From Okamejei kenojei (lineage: Eukaryota), in NCBI GenBank assembly GCA_035221665.1, contig CM069140.1:42098001-42162000 (forward strand): a stretch of DNA of 64,000 bases, in the 5' to 3' direction. Positions within the stretch are counted from its first letter, which is position 1, and every line of letters starts with the position of its first letter. Below are positions 25,118 through 38,098 of the stretch, piece by piece. Under the pieces are notes generated by a model, which did not search any database, was not told the origin of the DNA, and worked only from the letters and a program-made list of their open reading frames with translations. The translations under genes were made by a program, and so were the position numbers.

Positions 25118-28100
25118 TTACCAAATCTTGCTGATCATTGTCCATTCTATTGATATCAATACTTCAATGGATAATTTTTGAATTTATGTTTTTATCCCCT
25201 TACATTGTATGATGAATTGCAAAATTTATTGCAATTTCCAAAAATATGTTGGGTTTTTTAAAAATGTTACCCTATAATATTGAAATTAGAATAGAAAATT
25301 TAAGGTATGGAATTCTGTCCTTCAAACCGAAGGCACTTAAAACATTAAAATGTCTGTACAAATTGGATTTGAGATTACCATACACTTGGCAGTTTCAATT
25401 ACTTTTATTTAAAGTCTGCAGAACAAAAGGCTCCCAGCAAACACATTGGAGTCTTCTCAGGAAAATTGACATGAGTTGCTTGAGAATAAAGATTTGCAGG
25501 ATGTTAATGGCTAAGGTACCTGCAAGACTTGTTCACAGATTTTTGAATATATATTTGCAAAAAAAAAGGCTTCTTATATAAGCTGAGGGAAAAGAAAATG
25601 CAAACATTAATTATTCACTCCACTTTGATAATAGCCTTGGGTTATTGCCTGTAATTTTTGTTTTGTTTTTTAATGAAGGAAAGACATAATTATCTTTAAT
25701 TTGTTGTTTCTTTTCATTGGAAGTTGCTGCTCGTGTTTTAGTTGGAATAACTTTGACAATAAAGGCACAATTACTGTCCAACCACTCCTCTCACTGATTT
25801 GTACATATATGTTTGGGCACATGCCAGCATTCTCTTAATGTCATTGCCAACAAAGTTTTTGGAAAACTGGTCTTATTCTTTTGCAGTGCAATGAAGAATT
25901 ATTCTGTTAATATTTTAGATTTTAACAGGTCCGTTTAACCTTACCTATTTTGAGTTGGTCAATAACCGATGAATTATGTTTATGCTTTAGCTTCAGTGAA
26001 CGGATGCACGGCAATAAATGGTACAGTTGAGAAAGGAGCGAGATGAGGCATTTCAACTAACAATAGGCTTTAAATTTTTTACTAAAGCCATTTCTCTTAA
26101 CATTGTAACAGAGTAGAGATATTTCCACCAAATGAAACTGCTTAGTAGTAAGATGAGGATTTCTTATGGGCAGCCGGTTACAATGTTTGGCATCATTTGA
26201 ATATAAATATCAATACTATATTATCGTTTATAAATTGAAAGTTAAATGTTGAGTGTCTACCACTCTCGGCAATCAATGAATGTCATGAAATGCTCCCCAC
26301 CTACTGGCACAAGGGACTTCTTAACGTCTTGTCCTGTGTATTTGATTCTATGAAAATCTCAGAAAAATGCTTTTGTAAATGTGGCCAGAGAATACTATGT
26401 AAATCATGATTAATCCATTCTGCTGCAAACAATTACAACTGTATTGTATACCTTTATGGCAGATGGGAATTACTTAATTTTTAAAGTCATACAGTTGAGT
26501 TTTAAATAAAAGATGGACTGGCTTTGACATAGCACATACCAAGTCTGTATGAACTTTGCATTTTGCTTTTCATTTTCAATGCCATTACTTTAAGAATATT
26601 GCAAATAATCTTGTTCATTAATTGATTTGTTTTAGATACCCTATTTTCTTTGATCTTTTTCCTTGCAGTCAAAATGACAAAGGTACTCCGAGATGGGATG
26701 TCATGGCTTTCCCTCTTAGTTTAGCAGCAACTCCACCTCTCCTGTGCCCACTCCAATCCTTTCCCCTTCCCTAAGTCAAGTTGCCACGGTTCAGAGGTGA
26801 AGGATGAACAATTTTAACTGTCTAATTTGCACTCAGTTTATGAACTGATACATTAAGAAAATAGATCCCCCAAAATGGAGCCTGTGTTTTTTTACACATG
26901 AGAAAGATATTGTAGAACTATTTATAATGGCCTTGTATAAAGTATCAGCACTTTCATATAGCATACATAAATCATTCCAAGGGGCAGTTAAGTACCGTAA
27001 ATCCATTAGATCTAATTAGGTACCCATGACCTATAATTAATTATGCTTTCCAGACACAATCTCATTAATATTATGACGTCATGTCTTGAAGGCATTCTTA
27101 ACTGTTAGATCAAAACACTTCAGGCAGTGAAATTTAGAGAAAAGGTACAGGTGAAACATTTCATCAAATTATTATTCAATTTTGTAAAGCTCGCATGAAA
27201 GAATCCTATTTTGACTGTAAACAATGGACCGGATAAAGGATTCACAGGCTAGGAGGCATTGAAGTCAGGTTGACTTCGTAGTGCAAGAGATCATGGCTGT
27301 CATTCCTCTTTGTACAAGAATATATCAGTGTTCGTGCCCCAGACACAAAGAAGGTTTATGGATGTACATTTTAAATTAAAAAAGCTATCTTTTATATTGT
27401 ATATAAATCTGCGAGGAAGTAGTTGATGAGGAAACAAACAACTAATTGGATGATGGCTGATCCCTGTTAACCTTCTTATTATTGTGTCTTGTTCTTCTGC
27501 TCATGATATGACTTTTTCAAAACTGCGTTGTGCCCTTCAGTGTCACAGAAAGAGCACTAGAAAAAGAAATCGGAGCCAGTAATGTTAAATAGTAGCACAC
27601 CACTGTATTGGGCAAGCATATTATTGCTTATTGTGTGTTCACATGTTGTGCACAGCATGCATTAATAAAATATAAAACATCAACTCATTTCAACCACTGG
27701 GCTTTGAATATTTTACTAAAATCTATTATTTTAACAGTATAATAACTTACTAATATTACCACCAAAACAAAACTGCCCAGTAATGAGATCTGGAAATAGC
27801 CTGACTGTCAGCTAGTTAAAATGTTTGTATATTTCTGAAATTGTAGGTTGTGCTGTACTTTATAAATGAAAGTCACAAGAAAACTTAGATTATTTGTTTT
27901 TCCCAATATTGTGGTGACTCGCTTTGGCAAGGTCTCCAGCAAAATCACAACCTGGCAAAATAATTACTCTTAAACTGTTTCAATAAAGACTAATTCTGAG
28001 ATGCAAAGCTTTCATTTTGTGGTTTGGGCTCTAGTTGACTTAGAAGTTGGATTAGTTAACTATATGCTATATATTCTTTCCCTCTGTTTTAAAGAGTTTT

Positions 28101-31100
28101 TCTTAAAACCAGTTCTAGATTTTAAATAATCTGAACTTTATGAGATTTATTTTGCTTTAATTGTAGGGATATCCCTCCGTATTCTATTGCCTACTGGTAT
28201 TCTTTTAAATGGGTTGGTGGACTTTTAGCAAAGTTAAAAGTAACGGCCTGTATTTTATTGATTGTTAGAACCATGAAGGTAGAGTGACCAGCACTAAATT
28301 CAAATATTTAAGGAAAGTGTTGGATTTAATATTTTAAATGTATCTAAGATAAGCTAATTTTGAATTTTGCATTAGTAGATTTTTTGGTATCCAAAAAAAG
28401 GAGGGAACTATTCATAGCAATTCTGTCCCTTCTCCTTGTGAGGGATTTTGTGACCACTATTATTCTAAATACTGCTGATTATGTTCCAGTAAATGTTTAA
28501 ATATTTTGGAATAGCATTTTAATCTATATTGGATTACATAAATGTATCGCTTAAATGGTGACTGCAAGGACTACGAAATAAAGGTAGGTACTTTTATTGA
28601 TGTTTACAGAGGCCTTAATGGAAACTGTCACAAATGTTGTGGCATTGTTCTGTACTATTGCTTTTGACATTTTTAGTGTCAAATCTTACAAATGTTCAAC
28701 AATAAGGCAGATTCTAAATGTAGCAATTCGAATTACCAAGCCCTCTGGATGAGGCACAATCCCTAACCTATGATTTTTAACTAAAATAAAAAAATAATTC
28801 CTTTAGAGTTTTTGATGCACTCAATATGGCTGTTTCTGATACAAAGTAAACTGCAACTAAAATGTTTCTAATAAAGGGACATGAGGAAGTGGTGTGAGAT
28901 TCAATTTTTATACAGTGGAAAATGAATGCCATACTTTTTCAAAAAATCAGTCATCGGAAAATTAATAATGCATTCTCTGTAGAAATGCAATAGATTCTCA
29001 TGTCAACTTTGGAAATAAAAAATAATATTTTGATTTTCTGCCCCAACTATGCTATCTTTGATTTGACATTTACAAGCAAAATCATGCCAGTTTCTCTACG
29101 TCTTTTCACTAGGATGGTAGCATCGGCCTATACTATTTTCAGTCTAGTTTCTGATCTGCGCTGGCTACTGAATCTACTGAATAAAACTCACAAAATTATG
29201 GTTGTTATGTTGGAATCCAATAAAGTACGCTGAAGTCGGTCTAAATACGGCTAAAGAGATTTTTTGAAAAGTTGGCGTTATTCAGCAGTGATAATAAAAA
29301 CAGTGAGCCTTGTTCCCCATGTCTTTGTTTGCCAAAATGCATAGCGCAGTCCTGGGCATATCATTAAATTTGCATTTTAATTTAATGAATACTGACGAAG
29401 GACGGAGAGTGATTATTTTTTACTTTTTTGTTAAGCAAATGCACAATTAACTTTTAAAGAGAATGGATTTCCTACATTGTGGATAGTAAATTTGGCTTCT
29501 ACTAAGTATTCATATAGACTTTTAGACATACTTAATTGGTCCTAAACTTTGTAAAGGCAAAAATAACAAACTGTTTACTGTCAAAGTTATTGTGTCTATG
29601 TAAAGTTACTTTTGAATTTTTAAGATAGATTTAATAACAATTTTTTTTGATAATGTTTTAGAAGTGCACATCTTCAAATTCCTTGTACACTTTTATTTTA
29701 GTGTTTATTTAACAAATAAAAATCTTCAACTATTGAGAAACGATTGTGGGAAAATGCATATTCAGCATTTTTTCTTATTTCTTGTTGATATTTATTATAT
29801 CTCAGTCGCAAATGCAGCACAAAATTAATTGTGAACAAAACATATCAAGATAGTACACTTGTGTTTAGTTCTTGAACAGCAACTTTATCGTAAAAGTATG
29901 CGCAGATTGGTCGGTTGGGTATGTGGTGAGTGTTTGTGGCTCAGAGCACAAAGGAATATAACCTAGATCAGGACTATTTATTGAGATAGAATAAAAACAT
30001 TTGAACCAGAAATAATTTGTCCTATAAATATGGAAGAAATAGAAATTATTCCTTGCAGGGTGCAAAATGAATTTAAAATCACTTTGGGAGATTCATCAGT
30101 ATGAAATTGAATAAATGGAGGAAACGTTTTGCAAATAGGAAGATTAAATGAAAATCACGATGGAAACAATAAAATTGCATCATTATCAAGGTGTTTGAAA
30201 TAATTTGCTCCTTGCCTCTTCCCTCACCCATCTGACTTTCAGTTTCATATCTAAATAATTCTAAAGTCCTGATACTCTTTGCATCCTGTTCCCTTTAAAG
30301 CGTTGCAACTGTATTTATTTAACCCTTTACATTTGCTGAATGTCCACGGAGGAAAGAGTTTGGCTTGCATTTTCTCGACAAAGCCATTCATATTTATTTA
30401 GGAGAGGAATTAACTATTTTAAATCTTTCTGTAATGGTATACTGATATTAATTTAGGATTTGAATTCTGATGTAGTAAAGAAAATATAAAACAACATTTT
30501 ATTGTTCTTCAGCCGCGTGCATTTACGCACATTTATTTTAGCATGCTCATTTTCATACAATATGTCCTGGAATCACTAGGCTAAACTCCTTTGTTGGTTT
30601 TCAAAAATTCAGGTAAATTGTACTTTATTTCTTTATTAAATGTAATATTTTTGGCTCAAACAATGGTTGTTTTTCTTACCGATTTTCAAAAAATGGCTTG
30701 GGAGGGATGTGGGTTTAGTCAACAGAATCTTTTATGTTACTTGTGTGTCACAACATTGGACATAATCCATTTGATTTGAAGTGGAGGTATTATAGACTGA
30801 CCAAACCTTTGAGTTTATGGGTCATTTCCACAGAATTCACCATTATTTGCTAATTACAGGCTTACATTATTTGTTTCTCAAGCTTTTCCATAGCACCCAT
30901 AATTGCTGAAATCAAAAAGAACTCGTATTTGTCATGAGGGGAATTTGATATTCCTATTTTCACCGCAATTTGTGATCATTCAAATATGCCTGAGGTAGTT
31001 GTGACTACAAAATAATGTTATTAATTTGTTTCATTGAAGTAATTTGTTTTTTTCATTGAAAGCATTGTTCACTTTCTGAGAAAGACTAATCTGATTTTTT

Positions 31101-34100
31101 TCCCCTAACTAATCAGTAGGTATCTGCTGTTCAAACCATGCTCAGATTTATCGAAGATTCGGATTACTTTCTGGAAATTTAAAAAGATAGGCTGAGGAAA
31201 TGTATCTCAAATTCCAAATATGTAAAAAGCCTTTTATTTAAAAGTTAAACTGGGTACTTTTTAAGAGGGCATTAATAGTTTCTTCAATGAAAACTTTTAC
31301 ATAATAGACAGTCATACACATCAAGTATTATATTAGCTAATTTTAATATTGAGTAGTTAACAATGACTGAATTTGTTAAGAAAACATTAAAATTGACAAT
31401 GGTCAATCGTAAAAAATATATTTTACATCAAAGTGGCCTTTACTTTTCTGGCCTGATATTAGTTTCAGAACAAAAGAACAAATCGAATAATTCCGCAGCA
31501 CATTTAATAAAACACAGGTGTTTGATGGGGCTCCAAAAGACAATTTAAACTGAATTTAAGTATTAATTTTATGAGTAAATGTGACTTGCATTGGATTCTT
31601 TTTTTCTCCAAGCCATGTACTGGAAAAAGATGGTTTGTGGGCCACAATTTCAATGAATGCAGATGTATGATGTTAACTGTTTTTTGCATAATACCTAACT
31701 AAGTTGTTCAACCGATTGCATTTAATTTATTTTTAGCACTTGTAGTTATTTTATTTGATGTTAGATTATTTATTAATAACAGGCACGAGGTAAAGTATTT
31801 TTTTAAATTTATCCCATGGTGTTACATAGATTACAGGAACATAACTTTTCACAGTCACTTATCTTAAAGGCTCGGTTTTATTTGTATATTTCTATATTAA
31901 TCTCCTTATCTAAATATGTTTTTGTTTATTGACAATGATTCCTTGTTTGTTGACTTGCAGCTAAGATAGCTTGATGTAATTGCTTTCTTGTATTTATTTT
32001 AAAAGCAGTAGTGAAAAAATCTGAATAGTTTCTTTATTTAAATTAATGTGTGCTGTTTAATTGTTCACTCATTGCATCAAGCTGCGTGTGAATGCATTGA
32101 ACCACATTGTTAGCTCTTTATATCCAAAAGCAAAAACTTGGATAATGCTGCGGGCATTTATGATGTTTTTAGGTTTTCAATCCATAGAACACAGGGTATT
32201 ATTTCATGGAAAAATATTGAGGGATTTTTTTTCAAGACATTCTCAATTAAATAAAAGTCAACTAGTACAGCGTCACGTCATTTATTTTTGGTAATTTGTT
32301 TGCATTGCATTATCTCCCTATTTTGTTTGCTCCTGCTTTCTTTTCAATATGTTCTGGGGTCAGTTACTTTTCAGTTTGATTGCAGGTCTTTTATTTGAAG
32401 TTAAGTTCTTTAAAAGATACTCTCTAGCTCGGGCCGCACTATTGCATATTTATTCCATACAGATTCCTTGTACTGTATTCTGTGGCTTTTGTAGAAGAAA
32501 GAGCAGATCTCAGACATAATCCAGCTGTGCGAGTGTAACCCTGGAATGAACGTGCTATGCAAGGCAGTAGATTATTTTTTAAATGTGAGACTCATACATT
32601 GCATTTCATCAAATTAAGATTTTTATCAGGGATGCTGTTATGAATCATCCATCATTAGTGTGTTTCGAGTTCAAGACATAACACACATTTGGTAATAAGA
32701 TTCATTGCTATTGTGTGTCAGCCTCGTATATGAAATGTCTGGAATATGTTCTAATTCAGATAAATAGCAAATGTGTTTTGAGTGTAGTTAAATAGAAATA
32801 AACGTATATGTTACAGTTTTGACTACAGTCGTTCTTCTATTGCACATTTATAACTGGGGAGAAAGTAAAAAAAAGTTTCAATGACTTAACACTGAGCCAT
32901 GTCAGAAATCTTGCATAAACAATTGATGTGTACAGTGCATATAGACCTCTCGGGCAAAGATTTTCCTTTGCCTTTCAGTCTGTAGTGGCCAATGTAAAAC
33001 ATTGCAACAATTTTCTGGATTGGGGGAAGAAGCAGTAAAACCTTTTAATTCAGGAACATTTTAATTTCCCCAAATTGCAATTGTTCAATGACTCTTTCCT
33101 GAATACCTAACATTTAATTCAGAGGTTGCAATATATCAGGAAGAAGTTAGTGTGTTACCCAGAACTCTTCATATTCTCTGAATAAAGTTAACATTCCAGG
33201 CTGTTTCTCACTGTAGTTAATTTCCTGTAATCCTTTCCCCCCACAATAAGATTAGAATTAAACCCTGACAGCAAATAGCCATTCTTCCAGTTCTCAGTCA
33301 TTTAGTTTACAACAGAATTCATGTTGACTTTGACTCATAATATTCAGCTTTGTTTATCACGGAAAGAAAGTATGCTGGACAAATATATTTGATCCTTGAT
33401 GTGAAAAACCTTTAGAATGCGATGGCCAGCAAAATATTCAGAGATTTCTGAGTGTTATATAAACTGTCAAAGCATGCCTCGTCTGTGAGTTGTCAGGCCT
33501 GTTAGCTATGTACCAAAATACAACTTTAAATGAGTGGGAATAAAGGAAAAAGCAATTGTAAAATAAAATTAAAAATTCCTGTTACATTTCTGTTAATAAT
33601 CCAAGATTATGCAGCAAATTTCATTTATTAATTAATCTGTGCAGCATCCATAGTGGCATGCGACCATGTTGCTCCGAGGTAGTTTTTATTATTTTTTTGC
33701 GAGTGTTTTAGCTGCATCCATTATAATAGGTTTGACTGAACTTTATTAGAAATTGGGTTGGACTAAAGGCTCCAATCAAATAAATTACTGGGCCTCAGCT
33801 TTCCTGCTCCAATTTAAGCACTTATTTTTCCAGTAAAACAGGCTTCAAAAGCCATGTTTCAAAGTTGCAGTTAAGCTCAAAGTCATAGTCACACGCACAC
33901 CCATACCCACCCCACCCCCTCCCCACCAGCCACCCCCACATCACATCTGATACTTAATCCATCATCTTTGTTTTCCCCAAACATCGTGCAAGCTGTTCTT
34001 GATGATGTTGGCATGGGTTTGAAACTGATGGTCCATCTGGATAGCGTGAATGTGGGCCAGGAAGAAAGAGAGATGAAGAGGGTGTGCGTGGAAGGACAGA

Positions 34101-36649
34101 TAACACTCAGCTGTCGGAAGACCCTGCGGTACTGTCACAGTCTGGCTGCCAATGTGATATTTGATGTTACAAACTTCTGCTTCATTAAAAATCGGAGACT
34201 TATTTGGTGTTTTAAAATTTTAAATAAGCATTGTTCGCCATATTTTGGGAAAAGCAGCTTTATTTCCTTTATTGACACACCAATGTTTTCGGCAGTGGAA
34301 TAAAAAGCATGAACTGCACGGTAGTGTGCATATTCAAATTTTAAACAGAACATTGTGTGTTGATATCCACAATCAAGCCTGATTCATAGTTTTGAATATG
34401 AAATGAAAACCATGCCTGCAAAACTGAAAAATTAACCTCAAGGAAAATCACATTTCCAGATAAATACACAGTTTTGCCATCAACATGGGCAGCGGCTTAT
34501 GGGACTCGCATTTCAGAGAAACCCTTTGAAAAAGTACATTTTTGTTGTTTCTATTTTTTTAATTTCACAGTTGAATCTCATACAATATCTGACATTTTAA
34601 AAGCACTGAGGCTTTTTTTTGTTACGTTGTAAAAGTGTTTGATAACTGTGCTAAAATAGGCTAAATGTTTCCATTTTGTTTAGCAGTAAAACAAAAATTC
34701 CCAGTGAAGAGAGCATTGCGGAATAATTCCATTGAATTTAATAAAAAGCAAAATCTTTTGACTGAAATATATTATAAATTACTTTGATTGATCATGGTAT
34801 TGGATTAACTCTTCCTGTTTTGCCCTTTTTTTTGCAAATGCGCAGCCAGTCTATGCTTGTAAATCGTAAGCTTAAGTTTCTGCAAGGCCTATTTGAAATG
34901 GAAGTGAACGGGTCCAGTTTTGCACGTACTTGTTATTCATAAACAAGCTGTGCCGAATAGTATGTTTATATTTCATTATCGAGACTGATGAATTGTTTCT
35001 TAACCCTTTTCATCCTGTCTTGGCCAGCAACTCCGCCAAAGCTCTCATCCCTTTCAGTGGATCTGGGAACCTAGCCAACCGCTGTTTGTCTTCAAAGAAC
35101 CCATTGATACTTACTAATGCGTCTTCCAAGACATGTTAGCAGATTTATAAATGGAGGTGTGTGCATTGACATCATGGTGCCTGCTCCTTGAGATTTTTGA
35201 AATTTAATTAAACATTTTGGAAGGGAGATCTCATTGTAAAGCCTAGTGCTGTTGCTGATCTTGTAATGTAGCATGAACTAACCCTGTTGACCAGCAGCAC
35301 TGTTTAAGGGAGCTGTCCCTTCAGCTTGGATTGCACTGAAGTTTGCTCACAGGGTGATAACACCCCTTGAAATGGATTACAATTGAAAATTATCAATCCA
35401 TTAAGGATCTACTGATCTAATCGAAAATAAAAAAAATACTATAGCGATTGAGTACTATTTTAAAATTTGTTGTGGATTGGGACTGGAACAATTTGTGATT
35501 TCCTTTTTGCTCAGCTCTGCCCCTCTATGGTGCCTCACCTATATGTTTTAACTATGTTTCCAGTTACCATGTTAGTAATCATTGTGTCTTGAATGAGCTA
35601 ATCTGTTTTTTAAACTCTGTTACTTCTGGGGTATATTACTCCCGAGGAAGTATATTATAAATGGCTTGGGTTTGATTTCATGTAATAATTCTTGTACAAA
35701 TAGAGTGGATGATTTTCATTTTTACACATTGCAACAATGACTACAGCTAAACAAATATTTAACTGTCTGTAAAACTGAGAAGTCCCGAGATTATAAAAGA
35801 TACTGTAAAATGCGGATCTTTTCTTTCTTCGTATCAATCTGGCATACATTAAACTCCAAATCTTTGAGGTAGAAGGTGTATTTTTATATGATTACATGTG
35901 CCCAATCTTGTTATTTACAATTTTCTTTAATTGGCCATAGTTTGTGTTTGTTTATTTTACTTGCTTTGAGGTCATTCAAGGAATAAGTGCAATTATCATT
36001 AGGTTGGCAGGATAATGTACTTTATAAAACACTATTGTTTGCTCAAAAAACTGTGATGAAATAGAGAAAAGGGAATGATAACTCAGAAAATAATTCCCTG
36101 CAATCCTTTTTGAATGCAAGACCCGATACTCATTATAATAGAGCAACAATCTTTCACAAAAGTCCCGTCCATACTGATTTTGAAGAAAGGTTAGAATGCT
36201 GTTCTTGCTCTTTCTTTGCTAAAATCGGTAAAGGCAGAAAGTTCTACCCCAAGGGGAATAAACGTGGTACTGTTTAGAATATTAGGGCTCAAAAGATTAC
36301 TTGGGCTGCTTAACTATGGCTTTTTGTTATTTTTAAAATCAATTCCATCATGTGTGATGGAGAACATATTCACACTTTGCAAAGTTTGTTCTTGGTTGTG
36401 AATTTGTCCAAAGCATGTAATAAGTGAAGTGATTTCCCATTTTTGTTTCTGCATATTTTTAAATCAATTTTTTAATATTTTAATTTAATCTCAGTTCACG
36501 TTATGTTGTGTATTGATTCTCTGTCTATCGACCATTTGTCCCATTTCTCCAGGAGGACAACGGATCTTGCACTAACATCAATGAAACTGGCAAAGTTCAA
36601 TTTTACAGGCCATTATGTTTTTCCTGAACACAAAGACATGGATTCTTCT

Positions 36650-36881
36650 AAGGTAGACTCAAAATGCTGGAGTAACTCAGTGGGACCGACCGCATCTCTG
36701 AAGAGAAGGAATGGGTGATGTTTTGGGTCGAGACCCTTCTTCAGACTTCAGAAATCTGAAGAAGGGTCTCGTCCCAAAACATCACCCATTCCTTCTCTCC
36801 AGAAATGTTGCCTGTCCTGCTGAGTTACTCCAGCATTTTGTGTCTACCTTCAATTTAAACCAGCATCTGCAGTTCTTTCCT
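36650..36881. mobile_element. Penelope-derived short element as an inverted duplication with 16-bp TSD
   Basis: AGACATGGATTCTTCT at 36634-36649 and 36882-36897; ~100-bp inverted arms centred on cttcagacttcagaaatctgaag. Confidence 0.9.
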
Positions 36882-37084
36882 AGACATGGATTCTTCTCAC
36901 GATTACATCTTCTTTCTAATGTCTTGCCCAGGCAAAACTCTAGAATGAGTGTTGGCATATCATCTTTAGATTGAATGTACAGTAGGCAAATCTGACCATC
37001 CACACCCATGCTGCACTTCTTTTGGGAGTGGAACTGCATCTAATTTCTGATTCCTCCACCAGATATATGGAAATTAATCTGTAA

Positions 37085-37182
37085 CTATCGTGGCTGAGAT
37101 AGGCGAACTCTGCATTAATCAGGTAATGAACCCAGGACCTTCCTGCTAGTACTACTCAACTGCCGAAGCCAGCTGAGCCATT
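37085..37182 (-). mobile_element. Ancient tRNA-derived SINE head
   Basis: Minus strand has an A box TGGCTCAGCTGG (37180-37169) and a B-box-like GGTTCATTACC (37132-37122). Confidence 0.55.
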
Positions 37183-37984
37183 AGAAGAGCATAAATATTT
37201 AATCTAGTCCTTATACACTTTGTAAAAGGTGGAGACCCAGAGGAATTTTCAATCTCATGAACCTAAGTCACTGCTGGTCCTGTGATAAGTACAAATCAAT
37301 GGCCTAGGGACTCCAACCTGTGGCCATCTGGTTAAAAAGCTAGATTTGAACTCTCAAAGCTACTGGGCTGCCCAAAGGGTATGAACAGATTTCATCTTCT
37401 TTGCCAGAAGTGGAATCTAGCATGATTTTAAAATGATTAATAAATCTTTAATTACCACAAAGCGTATCAATTATTAACAGATTAATTGTACATAATTATG
37501 ACTTATTCAGCATTGTAGCCACATAAACATGCTCACACTGTGCCAGAGCTGGAAAGCTTTCATTTGAGTGATGCATAGAATTGTATGCTGCAATTCTAAG
37601 ATATTTTAATGATTCTGAATAAATAAAATTAATTTGCCATGGGATTACTGTTGTCATGCAAGCAACTGCAGATGGATACACCATGCTTGGTGAAAGTAAG
37701 CTGGAATTGACTTAACTTTTTTCAAAAACCGTGACCCTTGTTCAGCACGAGCCAGAAAATAACAGTTCTCCCAGGTATCAATAGGTTTTATTTTATAAAA
37801 GCATAGCCTTTGTGGAAGAAAATGGCAGTTATTAAGGGGATGCAGGTGAATTTCATAGACACTTTGATTTTGAATGGAGTAATTAAGCCCAAAGAAAATT
37901 TTATGACTATTTATAGTCCAATGAAATTCCTCACACCCCTCTTCCTTTTATATGTGAATCCTAAAATGAACGGATTAATTAATT

Positions 37985-38098
37985 AATAATTTTATTAGCC
38001 AAGTATGTACACATACAAGGAATATGCCTTGGTGCGCCGCTCGTAAGTAACAACGATGTACAGTAAACAATTAAGATTAAAACATAAACATTAAAGCA
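37985..38098 (-). mobile_element. LINE 3'-tail fragment (Rex1/Babar-like)
   Basis: tttattagccaagtatgtacacatacaaggaa resembles the tail at 62823-62860; the polyA signal AATAAA lies on the minus strand. Confidence 0.45.

Noticed and set aside
29100-29290. Loose hairpin-like complementarity (pre-miRNA?)
   Set aside because: Pairing is too interrupted and there is no match to a miRNA I know.
29393-29415. CTGACGA hammerhead half-core
   Set aside because: No stem II and no downstream GAAA.
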